Of a DNA stretch of 64,000 bases, positions 13,870 through 25,206 are shown piece by piece. This stretch comes from Octopus sinensis. Taxonomy: Eukaryota. How positions within the stretch are numbered: the first letter of the stretch is position 1; every line of letters begins with the position of its first letter. The notes beneath the pieces are model-generated. The model saw nothing but the letters and a program-made list of their open reading frames with translations. It ran no database searches and was not told where the DNA came from. The stretch is from the NCBI RefSeq assembly GCF_006345805.1, contig NC_043010.1, forward strand, positions 7,812,001 through 7,876,000. The letters are read 5' to 3'. The translations under genes were made by a program, and so were the position numbers.

Positions 13870-14125
13870 GGTCAGGTAATGTCAACACCTCTGAATAAAC
13901 CCCAATAAAGATTACAAACTGACAAAGGCATATATATATATATATATATTTTTTTCCTCTGTCTTCCCTTCTCTGGATCTTTCCTTCTCCTATGTTTCCG
14001 ATGAAGAGCTCCGCTCAAAACGTTAAACCCTCCTTCTTCCCTTCCTTCCTGAGCATCCAATAATACTATATTTGTTCCACATCCTCGCGTTGTTGTGTTT
14101 TCTCTTTGTGTTTTCATGTTTGGAT

Positions 14126-14130
<5 letters not shown>
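13870..14130 (+). mobile_element. Penelope-like element terminal fragment
   Basis: CCGATGAAGAGCTCCGCTCAAAACGTTAA motif typical of PLE pseudo-LTR ends, followed by a T-rich tail into (TA)n. Confidence 0.5.
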
Positions 14131-14173
<43 letters not shown>

Positions 14174-14260
14174 GATATATGTGTATGTGTGTGTGTCTGA
14201 GTGTTTCCACATGGCTTTATACATACATACATATATACATACATACATACATACATACAT

Positions 14261-14298
<38 letters not shown>

Positions 14299-14315
14299 CA
14301 CACATACATACATAC

Positions 14316-15165
14316 TTAACAAGTCATTAAGAATGAAATGTCCGATTTTATTATGCACCAAGTTTGACAGTCATTAACTCTAAGGTTTTATCCTGAAAAT
14401 TCTTTGTTTTACAACATTGAAAAGTTACATCATCACTTTTCAAATGCAATTTATAGTGTCTGATTATATTGTGAACCCATTGATAGATAAAAAATTTGTG
14501 TTGCTTATGAATATGAGTTCCATTGTGGAACCGATGCATCCTCAGACAGCTTGAAACATCAATGACATATTTGGTGAAGATGTGGTAAAGGAGCTCACTG
14601 TACATCGATGGTTTGAGAAGTTCCCGTCTGGTGACTTTACTCTTGAAAATCAGCCCCATGGTAGACCTGAGACCAAGGTAGATAATGATGAGATGGAAAC
14701 TGTAGAGAAGTGGATATATCTCAAACTATGCACGAGTTAGAGGCCAGGTTGAATGTTTTGATTCCAACTGTATTGGACCATCTGAAACAAATCAGCAAGG
14801 TAAGGAATCTGGACAAGTGGGTTCCACAAGAACTGAATGAGCATCAACTGACACATCGTCTTGAAACTTGCTGTTCTTTTCTGTCACAGCATAAAAGTGA
14901 ACCCTTTTTGCATCATATTGTTACGTTTGATGAAAAATGGGCTCTTTTCAACCATAACAAGGATTCTGCATGGTGGTTGAATAGAGACAAAGTGCTAAAA
15001 CACAATTCAGAAAAGAATATTCACCAAAAAAAGCTAATGGTGTCTGTTTGGTGGTCCAGCGCTGGTGTCATCCACAATAGCTTCATGAGACCTGGTAAAT
15101 CAAATACAGTGGATGTATACATCAACCAGTTGGTTGAAATGATGAGTGAACTTGCTGCAACTTTG
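14316..15165 (+). mobile_element. Mariner (Tc1/mariner) transposase pseudogene, 3'-truncated
   Basis: Motifs YEFHCGT..QTA*NINDIFGED..VHRWFEKF.SGDF (HTH), LDKWVPQEL (WVPHEL), FLHHIVTFDEKW (first catalytic D), HQKKLMVSVWW; stop and frameshifts; ends before the remaining catalytic residues. Confidence 0.92.
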
Positions 15166-15420
15166 TGCAGGCTTCTGAGCAGGTATCGCCATGACAACTT
15201 TCTTTTTCATGGTCAATGTGATCACATGCTACACACCTTCATTTTAAGCACTGCTTCAAACAGCAGAAGTGAGTTAGAACGTTAACACTTAGTGTACATG
15301 CACAGCAAAGTTCAAGGTTCAAGGTTCAAAGTTCAAGTTCAAGGTTCAAGGTCAAGCAGCTTTGCATTGCATGCTTTAGCTTCGTTATGGCAACAGTCCT
15401 GATACTTATTGATCAGACCT

Positions 15421-15475
<55 letters not shown>

Positions 15476-15574
15476 ATATATATCAGATCTTAAATATATA
15501 TATATACTTACTTGGAAATGAATGTGTGGTATTCAATCAAATAATAATATAAATTATATATATACACACATACA

Positions 15575-16170
15575 TATACATATATGGGTAAAGGACGTCA
15601 CCAACAGTACACAACATGAAATACGAAAACAAAGGAGTTCAAAACACAAACAACAAGAGAAACAAATGGAAAACAGGACAAGTAACAAAAAGAACGCCCC
15701 TTCATCAGTTGTCGGCTGTCTATCTACTCCTCATTTCAAGCATTGAATGACAATATGAGTCTTCAAAGACAGTTGCTCCCATAAGTACCAAAATAAAATT
15801 TGGGATTTATGGAGGGTCCAAGTTGGGAACAAAAACAGGATAGTGGAGCCTTACAAGGCAACTGTATGAAAATAAACATGAAGGGTCATTAGACGAGAAT
15901 GAGGGTAAAATAGCGAAAGCTGGAGAAATATTTTCTTTGACGAGAGAAAAGATAGAAGAGAGACATAGGATACGCCCAGTCCTAAAAGAAAAGAAAGATG
16001 ATCATGTGAGGAAAAGAAAGATGGACGATGGTCATGTGTAAGCAATGAGAGGGAGAAAGAGGGGGAGAGAGAAACAGAAAACGGTAATGGGGTGAAAAAG
16101 GGAATTAGAGAAAAGGATGAGAGAGAAAACAATGGGGAGAAAACAGTATAGAGTAGAGTCGTATCAAAAA
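15575..16170 (-). mobile_element. Penelope-like element terminal fragment (opposite orientation)
   Basis: Minus strand ...GACAGCCGACAACTGATGAAGGGG... followed by a T-rich tail; pyrimidine-rich degenerate body. Confidence 0.4.
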
Positions 16171-17547
16171 GATTGAGCGAGAGAGAGAGAGAGGAGATGT
16201 GTGCTCATTTGGTAATATTTTATCTCATCTAGGTAGACTAGAAATTTAGGTGGAAAGGGTTAATCAATTATATCAAGCCTAGTACTTGATCTGTGATTTA
16301 TTTTATGAAACACAAGAAGGATTTGAAGAAACAAAGTTGAACTCAGCATATAAGATGTTAAAATTTTTCTGAGGTCAATCTTGCCTTTCAATCTTCCTAG
16401 AGTTTGATAAATTAAAGTGGGAATCCTGGGGCCAGTGGTAGGGATTGATCACTTCCACCCAAATTTCTGCCTCTCTGCCTATGTGAGAAATTGTTGTTGT
16501 CGATTATGATGATGATGATGATGATGAGGAGGGGGGATGATGATGATGATGAGGAGGAGGAGGAGGAGGAGAGGGATGATGATGATGATGATGTTGTTGC
16601 TGCTGCCGTTATTGTTATTGTAATTATTTCAGTTTTCACAAATATTTCTCTCCATACTAAAGATAGTCTGCATTTTGCCTTTTATACATAAAACAAAATA
16701 AATTGTCAAAGCTGTAAAATCATTGTATTCAATGATTTTATAGAAAACTGGAATTAGAAAGTAGTAAATTTCTAAAACATTCATCACGATATCAACTCTA
16801 TTTAAAGTAACAGTCTTTATTTTTTAAAATCCTTTTGTCAGAAATAGAATAGCTGTTCTACAGATAACACGTTTTAAAGACATGCACCCTAATTTCAATT
16901 GAAACCGTCATCTGAGACAAAAAGTTATCTTTAAAAGGCATGCGTCTGCTTTATAAAATAGATTATTAGATTAGAACTAAAGAGAATAGGGAGGTAGTGC
17001 TGCTTTAGTATGGCATATTTAAAATTCAGAGAGCTTAAAAGAATTTTTACTCAACAACGAAGATTTAAAATTCAGTGTATTTAATAATTAGAAAGCCCGC
17101 CTTCTAATTAAGGAAAAATGGAAAACAAAAGTCATTGATTTAATGGATAAAAGAAGAATTTAAAATTGCTTCAAAATTGACAATTATTAAATGGACACAA
17201 ACAAAAACAATAAAAATCACGATTTACAATTTAAGAAAATGCATTTTCCGGAAAGGATTTTTAATAGGAATGAAAGAGGATTTTTATTATTGAAAATGGA
17301 AATGAAATTTAAAAAAGAAAAACAAAAATAAAAACTGAAATGCTAAAGCATTCTGAAAATTTAATTGTAAACAACTACATTACACAGAATAGAATGAACG
17401 TTTCAGACATGTAATTTCAGCAACAGTAATAAATTTCAATTTTATACTTCTAAATTATTGATTCTTGAAACTTTGCACAAAGTTTAAGTTACATTGAGTT
17501 GTTTCTTTTAAAAATATTTCTTAAAAAAATAAAGCTGTAATTAATAT

Positions 17548-17585
<38 letters not shown>

Positions 17586-17905
17586 CTTAAAATTTGACAA
17601 TATTTTGACTACAAGGGAAAACATATTACAGACATTGTATTCAGTCGTTCATTTATTTAATGTTCGTTTTCCCGAGGTAGCAGGGCTTGAATGAGAATCG
17701 ATTTTGAGGTTGGATTTTACAGCAGGATGTTCTTTCTGTCACCAACTCTCACCTGCTACTTGCTTTACAAGTAAGGGATCTTTATATTCTACAGGATTGT
17801 AAAAGTGAAATGCAACCAGTCATAAGATCAACATCACACTGTTTTACTGAAGCAGACAAATGATGTTACGAACATCAAGGTCCATGTGCACACACACACA
17901 CACAC

Positions 17906-17953
<48 letters not shown>

Positions 17954-18949
17954 ATACACATGCACGCAGGCTCATTCACAGGTCATCAGTGAGACTGGGC
18001 GATTGTAGAAAGCTTGTATCTAATGTATCATGCTGAGGGGCTGAATCCAAACTGTTTGGCCACAAAGTTAACTTCTTAACCCCACAGCCATACCTTTGCT
18101 TATAAGCTATTCTTGTAATTATAGCAATACCTAAGAAAATCATATTGCTCAAAAGAACAATTCATTCACAAATTTTAATTATTTTTTCTTCTAATGATAT
18201 TGAGTAATCTATTTTATTTTAATGATGCCGGTGGCACGTAAAATACACCAATCCGACCATGGCCGTTTGCCAGCTTCGCCTGGCACCTGTGCAGGTGGCA
18301 CGTAAAAAGCACCCACTACACTCACGGAGTGGTTGGCGTTAGGAAGGGCATCCAGCTGTAGAAACATTGCCAGATAAGACTGGAGCCTGGTGCAGCCTTC
18401 TGGCTTCCCAGATCCCCAGTCGAACCGTCCAACCCATGCTAGCATGGAGAACGGACGTCAAACGATGATGATGATGATATTTTATACTCTATTGTTGAAT
18501 TATACTATTATTATTATTATTATATTGCTATTGCTAATGTTGTGAGTTGGCAGAGTCATCAGAGCATCTAGTTGAATGAGTCACTGTATATCTTCCAGTT
18601 TTTTACCTTCTCAGCTCATCTCCTATTGAGGTCATTTTTGAATTTCATCATTCTGGGCACAATAAAATAATGCACCAGACCAGCATTAAGGCCAATGGTA
18701 TCAACATACAACTTTCGTTCAGAATTGCTGGTTTTGTGCTTAAATCAGAAACAATCATAGCTATTTACTGGCTGAATCTTGGGAACAGTGTTGTGTGAGT
18801 ACCTTTCAAAGGCCTCTCGTGACTGGTGATATGGATGCACTTGATATACTTAACGTTTCTCTTAAGCAGCTGTAAGTTGATGGTTGCAGGAAAAATAATA
18901 ATATGCAGAGAGGGAATTCCACAGATCCCAATTTTAAAAGTCATTAATA

Positions 18950-19386
18950 GGATCTTTTCGGTTTGAACAGCAGTTTTTTCTAGCGGTGTCATATGAAATT
19001 GTCACTCATAATTATGACCCTAGTATCGATCTATTGCATTTCAATCTGTTTTAGGGTTAGGGTTAGTTAGAGTTAGGGTTAGGGTTAGGGATGGGAGTAA
19101 GGGTATATTTTTTTTTTTCAGAAATGTAAATAAACCCAATCTGTTTCTTAAACGAGGGACATATTCATACGGCACGGAATGTTTTCACCTCAATGGACGT
19201 CATTGATTGGTTGAAATTGCAGAAATTGAAGAAAAAAAACAACAAATATCTTACAAGCTATAGAATTTTCTCAATAAAGCCAGGAGAAAAAGATGTTTTA
19301 TAAACATTCTACCAGTATACGAAGTTTAAAAGTGTTTAGTTATGTGGAAATTATTTTTTAAAATGCCGGTCAAACTGAAAAGATCC
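18950..19386. mobile_element. MITE (437 bp) with ~17-bp TIRs, 8-bp TSD and internal (TTAGGG)n
   Basis: Left GGATCTTTTCGGTTTGA, right end reverse-complements to GGATCTTTTCAGTTTGA; perfect TSD CATTAATA at 18942-18949 and 19387-19394; TTAGGG-type repeats at 19051-19090. Confidence 0.88.
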
Positions 19387-20024
19387 CATTAATAATTTAC
19401 TGAGTTTGATATAATTGACAAGACCCCTCAAATTTCTGGGCACATGCCCTTGGAAAGTTAGCTAGAAATTGACAGAGTTGCTGGAGTGTCAGGTAGAATA
19501 CTTTACAGTATTCATTCCAGCTTTTTGTAAATGCACATGACATAATGGTTTGGGTATTCAGTTCATGGTCATAAGATCATGAGTTCAATTCTCAGTAGCA
19601 TGTTGTGTCCTCAAACAAGACACTCTATTGCATGTTGCTCCAGTCCATTCAGTTGGCAAAAATGAGTTGTACCTGTTATTCAAAAGTCCAGACTTGTCAC
19701 ATTTTGCTTCATGTTGAATCTCCCTGAGAACTATATTAAGGGTACACATGTCTGTGGAGTGCTCAGCCACTTGTACATAAATTTCACAAGCAGGCTGTTC
19801 CATTGATCAGATCAACTGGAACACTCGTCATTATAACCAATGGAGTAACGAAGCCAGTTCTTTACATTTCCAGTTCAAATCTTGCTGAGATCAATTCACT
19901 TTTTATCCTTTTGAGGTTAATAAAATGAAGTAACAGTTAAGTACTGGGTTGAATAAACTGACTAGACTATGCCCATCCCCTCAAAACTACCAGCCTTCTG
20001 CCTAAATTGGAAATAATAATTAAG

Positions 20025-20730
20025 GATTCTTAGGCTGAGGGGAAGTGTACATTTGGAGGCATTGTGAGCTCAAGGAAGGGAAGCAAATATCAAGTGGGTG
20101 CTATGAGGTAAGGGATATTTTGAAGGGTCCTAATATTTTTTAAAATGTATTTAAACCAGATGCAATATTTATATTTTAAAAATATTCTTCACAAAAATAT
20201 TCTTCGTTGGGTTTAATAATTAAGGACAGGGGATTAACACAATCATTAGAATGTCAAACAAAAGGCCTTGTGCGCATCAGCCTTGAGAATGGGAATATTT
20301 CTTTATTCACATATTGATGTGTAAAATTATAGCAGCAAATGATAGGATAGAAATTTTGCAGATTTCCGTTGTCTGCTTGCAAGCATCATTATAATAATGA
20401 TAAAAAAAAAAAAGGTTATATCATTTTTTTTCAAAGCAAAATGAATAAATTCAAGTTATGTTTATTATCACTCATATAAAAATGACAGGTGACATGAAAG
20501 TGGTTTCTATTGCTTTACATCATCAATCTATGTCCACGATTCTTAGGCTGAAGGGAAGTGTACATTTGGAGGCATTGTGAGCTCAAGGAAGGGAAGCAAA
20601 TATCAAGTGGGTGCTATGAGGTAATGGATATTTTGAAGGGTCCTAATATTTTTTTAAAATGTATTTAAACCAGATTCAATACTTATATTTTTAAAATATT
20701 TTTCACAAAAATATTCTTCGTTGGGTTTAA
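20025..20730. repeat. ~190-bp direct repeat pair (20025-20216 and 20538-20730)
   Basis: Highly similar copies with a few substitutions and indels, separated by ~320 bp of unique sequence; no TE hallmarks. Confidence 0.9.
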
Positions 20731-21737
20731 AATGTGAGTTGGACATAGTTTTATCAGTGAGCATAAATATGTCTGGTGATAGACCAGAGCTCAAAAGTAG
20801 CTTGTGTTTGGTTAAAACATTAAAATAATCTGATAGTCTGCTAAGGGATTTTTTTTTTCAGTAAGGGCATTTGTAAAATGCCATTCAGAAAAAGGAGGTA
20901 TTGAACTACAAATGTAAGTGAACCACAGCCCTAAGGCAATAAAAATCTAAATAACAGGGAGATCATCGTCATCGTCATTGTCATTTAACATCTACCTTCC
21001 ATGCTGGTATGGATTAGACAGTTTGACTGGAACTGGTAAACCAGAGAGTTGAACCACGTTCCAGTTTGATTAAGCATGGTTTCTATGGTTGGATGCCCTT
21101 CCTAATGCCAACCATTCCAAGAGCATAATTATTGGCATGAAAAAAATTGCTAAGTTTCTGTTAATATATTTAATTCAGGGAGCCTTTGATTTGCTGATGA
21201 GATCCTGAAAAAAGCTGAAACACGTCCAAATAATTAGCTTGACAAGTATTCTTTATGGTTTAATCAGGGGAAGCATACGGGATCTATGGCTCTTTCTACT
21301 AGATCCTCTGATACTAGCAAGAAAAAGGGAATAAGTTACCTTCAGATTGGAACCAACTGCATTAAATATGTTGAACTAGAATAATAATCTAACATTAAAT
21401 TCCATTTGCAAAGCTTATGATTTTAAGTATTGCTGCACAAATACAACCCCACACATATGTGCTCAAAAACATACATCAATCCACTCAGGAATGCATACAC
21501 AAAACCATTTGATACAAACAGTATGTATTTATAGACTAGTTCTTGTAAAAGCAATTATTTTTTAATAAATTTAACTTGAGAAACATGTGCTCTGTAAACA
21601 ATATCAGTTATCATGAATAACAATATTTCCTAAGTTTAAAAATTGTGTACATACACAAATGTTTTGTTTATTTTGCTTTAAATACTTTCAGTTCTGAACA
21701 ATATTTATACACACACATGCATATTTTAGCCATCTAT

Positions 21738-21784
<47 letters not shown>

Positions 21785-21843
21785 ACATACACACACACAT
21801 ATACACAAATGTATATATACATATATATATAATATATTTATCT

Positions 21844-21934
<91 letters not shown>

Positions 21935-22494
21935 TCACACATACACACATGCACACATATATATACAGGTACATACATATGGATATAAAATTAGTAACCA
22001 TTATTATTACATTATTACTTATAGTTTACTAATTTACAGATGTTGAATGTGTCTGTGTCTAAGTGTATGTGTGTGTGAGTGTGTATAAGCGTGTGTGTAC
22101 GTGTGTGAGTATGTGTTTGTGTGTGCGTGTGCTTGTGCATGTACATGTGCACACGTGCATGTGTGTAGCATCAGTAAATTAGCAAAATTATAGTAATAAT
22201 TATTGAGGAATAAATTTAAGAAATTTTTAAACAAATCATTACTAATCTTTTAACACAAATATCATTCAATATACTGAAATGCAGACTTTAATTAATTAAA
22301 AATCACAAGAAGGAAAGAAAACGATACAATTAACTAAAATATATGATATAACAACTAAAATATATGATATAATATTTATTTTGTTATTGTTTTAAAAGAC
22401 ATATCAGCAGGAATTACAACCAATTACTTATACAAACATTATTAAAGTATAGATATATCAGAAACGATGTTACAGCTATGAAATTAATAAAAAT

Positions 22495-24912
22495 TTATTT
22501 ACTTACAGGAATATTTCCACTGGTAAGTGTTTGACAGTGGATCTCAATTGAAGGATCCCGGAGTTTTTGGCTTGATTTATGTTCTAAGGAAAGATTTCCT
22601 CTAGACCACATGTGAGGCAGATCTTCTTCTTTGTCAATGTTTTGTAAGACATCAGGGCTCTCATGAATAGATGATACTTGCTTTGCGCAAGAATATTCTG
22701 ATTCTGTATTCCTGCCCACGTGGCGTTTCTGTGGATCTGTTCTGAATATATGTTGATTGCCTTGTAGATTGTTTCTTCTGACAATGCAGATAGTTATGGA
22801 GACAACCAGTAATACCGATACTGTCACCGCAGCAACAATTATTATAATAAATAGATTAATATGTATTTTGTCATCAGATTGTAAATTAACTGCAGTAAAT
22901 TTTGTTGAAGATTTGTTACTTACAGTCAATGTCAAAGACAGAGTAGTTGTTGCTGATAAAACTGGTGTACCACTGTCTTTGACGAAGAACTTGAGTGCAT
23001 ATGATCCAGCATCGTTTTGGTAAACTGTACGAGAAAAGGACAAGACTCCAGTGTATGGATTCACTGAAAACAATTGTCTATTGTTACCTTTCATTATTCC
23101 ATACTTTAGAAAGGCATTCTGCCGAATATCTCTGTCTGAAGCTCTTAATGTTGTTATATCATTGCTGCTCTGAGGTTGGTAGTAAACATCAAGGCTGAAA
23201 GGATCCACACTTGGAAAGACAAAATAGGGTGCATTGTCATTTTCATCCATAACCTCGACAATAACATTTGCTGTATCATTTAATGAAGGGATTCCGTTGT
23301 CCTTTACTAAAACTTTGAATTTATAAATACTCTGCTGCTCCCGATCTAATGATTGTTTTGCTAAAATAAATCCATAGTCAGAAATTTCGAAAGGAAGAAC
23401 ATGCTGGGTACTGCTAAGTAAAGCATATGTAAGGTCTCCACCAATCCCTAAGTCAGGATCTGTGGCATTAATGAACCCAACAGGGAAATTAGACTTTTCG
23501 TTTTCATATGTTAAAAATTTAAATGTTTCTTTTGTGAATTGTGGTTTTACATCATTGACATCAGTTACTTTGAGTGAAAACTCATGTTCAGTTTTCAGAG
23601 AAGGAGTTCCTCTGTCACTGCAAGTTATTGTGAAATTTATTCTACTTTCACTTTCTCGATCAACAGTCTGCTTTACTGATACTTTGTATCTTTTCTGACC
23701 AAGACTCTGAAGAGTGAACTTATTATGCTGGAGGTCACATGTCACTTGTCCATTCAAACCAATATCATTGTCGACAACTTTCACATATGCAATGAAGCTG
23801 CCAACTTCCATCGCTTCAGATATTGTTGCTGTGTTTCCAGTTAATTCTGAGAAATTTACTTCAATCACTGGAGCATTGTTTTGTTTATTGATAACATTTA
23901 CCACAACTGTTACAACAGAGCTCAGAGGAGGACTGCCACTATCTCTGGCTTCGATAAATAGTTTATAAGTTTGTTTCTTTTCTGGTTTAAATTTTTTGAG
24001 AAGAAAGATTTCTCCAGTATTTTTATTTATTTCAAAAAACGATTTTGCTCTCTCAGATGTCATGGAACTAAAATAGTATGATACGTTTCCATTTTTACCT
24101 GAATCTAAATCAGTAGCTGACAAGATAAGAACTGGTATCTCTTTTGCTTGTCTGTTATTCACTGTAATATTGTAAATGTCTTGAGAAAATATTGGTGGAT
24201 TGTCATTTTCATCTGTAACTGATATTTGAACATCCAAAATACCATGTTTTGATGGAGTCCCTCCATCTTTAGCAATTATTTGTAACATATAAATGTCTTT
24301 TATTTCTCTATCTAACTTATTTTCTAATGTTATACTTAGAGAGTAAGAACTGTCGACTCTTCTAGAAACAGCTAAAGTGAAAGGGTCATCTTCCTCTTTT
24401 ATTAATTCATAAGAAATTTGTGAATTTAATAAATGAACATCTCTATCTACAGCATTTGGTATAGAACGCATGGTTCCTCTGCCATCTGTTTCATCAAAGT
24501 TTATATTTACTTCATTATCTGGAAAAATTGGTTCATTATCATTAATATCTTCTATAATAACCTTCACCTCTAAAATTTTGGCAAACGATTTTCCTTTTCT
24601 CACAGCAATATCGACCATGACTGAGCACTCGGTGTTGTATTTACAGAGGGACTCAGCATCTAGTGACTTGGCTGTGTAAAGTCTTCCAGTTTTAGAAACA
24701 TTAAACAATGAGTTTCCTATCTTATCTTCCTGGAGTTGGCTAAACCATATCAAGTTATGATCTTTCGATGAAATGCTCTCCATGAATCTAGTATCTATGC
24801 CTAAATCACCAAAATATATTCCTGGATTTTCATTTTCATTTACATGGTATGTAAAATCTACACATTCATAGGAATGCAAGCAAAACAGCAACATACACAC
24901 CAGAATTAACAT
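22495..24912 (-). CDS. Pcdh: Protocadherin (cephalopod-type), large first coding exon: signal peptide, EC1-EC6, TM (~22780-22860), juxtamembrane cytoplasmic segment. Likely spliced at 22507|22506 (CCT|GTAAGT, phase 0); read-through adds VSK-stop
   Basis: 805-aa ORF with repeated cadherin motifs (EDINDNEP, LDRE, AKDGGTP, TDENDNPP, ATDLDSG, VDRE, DVNDVKP, LDRE, MDENDNAP), EC1 Cys pair (LCKYNTEC), hydrophobic N-terminus and TM (INLFIIIIVAAVTVSVLLVVSITICIV). Six ECs plus TM in one exon is the protocadherin layout. Consensus donor 3 codons before the stop. Confidence 0.97.
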   Translation of the reverse strand: MLILVCMLLFCLHSYECVDFTYHVNENENPGIYFGDLGIDTRFMESISSKDHNLIWFSQLQEDKIGNSLFNVSKTGRLYTAKSLDAESLCKYNTECSVMVDIAVRKGKSFAKILEVKVIIEDINDNEPIFPDNEVNINFDETDGRGTMRSIPNAVDRDVHLLNSQISYELIKEEDDPFTLAVSRRVDSSYSLSITLENKLDREIKDIYMLQIIAKDGGTPSKHGILDVQISVTDENDNPPIFSQDIYNITVNNRQAKEIPVLILSATDLDSGKNGNVSYYFSSMTSERAKSFFEINKNTGEIFLLKKFKPEKKQTYKLFIEARDSGSPPLSSVVTVVVNVINKQNNAPVIEVNFSELTGNTATISEAMEVGSFIAYVKVVDNDIGLNGQVTCDLQHNKFTLQSLGQKRYKVSVKQTVDRESESRINFTITCSDRGTPSLKTEHEFSLKVTDVNDVKPQFTKETFKFLTYENEKSNFPVGFINATDPDLGIGGDLTYALLSSTQHVLPFEISDYGFILAKQSLDREQQSIYKFKVLVKDNGIPSLNDTANVIVEVMDENDNAPYFVFPSVDPFSLDVYYQPQSSNDITTLRASDRDIRQNAFLKYGIMKGNNRQLFSVNPYTGVLSFSRTVYQNDAGSYALKFFVKDSGTPVLSATTTLSLTLTVSNKSSTKFTAVNLQSDDKIHINLFIIIIVAAVTVSVLLVVSITICIVRRNNLQGNQHIFRTDPQKRHVGRNTESEYSCAKQVSSIHESPDVLQNIDKEEDLPHMWSRGNLSLEHKSSQKLRDPSIEIHCQTLTSGNIPVSK

Positions 24913-25147
24913 GTCTTAGAAGATCGTATCAAAGAGTTGAATGCAACAGCTTCAGTAAGAATGGTTATTCTAGACAGTGTTCATATATTTGACAATAACA
25001 TTGAATTCTGTAGTATCTAAATCAAGTGAACAGATTCTACTACATAATAACCTGGCGTGATTGGATCCTATTATTCTTATGGCATTCATTAATATAGAGT
25101 AAAAATTTAAAAAAAAAACATCTATCCACTCATACACACATACATAT

Positions 25148-25206
<59 letters not shown>

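Noticed and set aside
18280-18302. CTCF-like motif (CCTGTGCAGGTGGCAC)
   Set aside because: Lies inside a family D retroelement and is only a partial match; nothing links it to Pcdh regulation.
19051-19090. Telomere or chromosome-fusion site
   Set aside because: A short tract internal to a TIR/TSD-bounded MITE.
21341-21357. 17-nt minus-strand microexon candidate (gcag|TTGGTTCCAATCTGAAG|gtaact)
   Set aside because: In phase 0 it hits a stop after 4 codons, and such motifs are common by chance.
22584-24679. Short ORFs overlapping the Pcdh exon (22757, 22995, 23462, 23714, 24470 on +; 22584 on -)
   Set aside because: Shadow frames of the real CDS.
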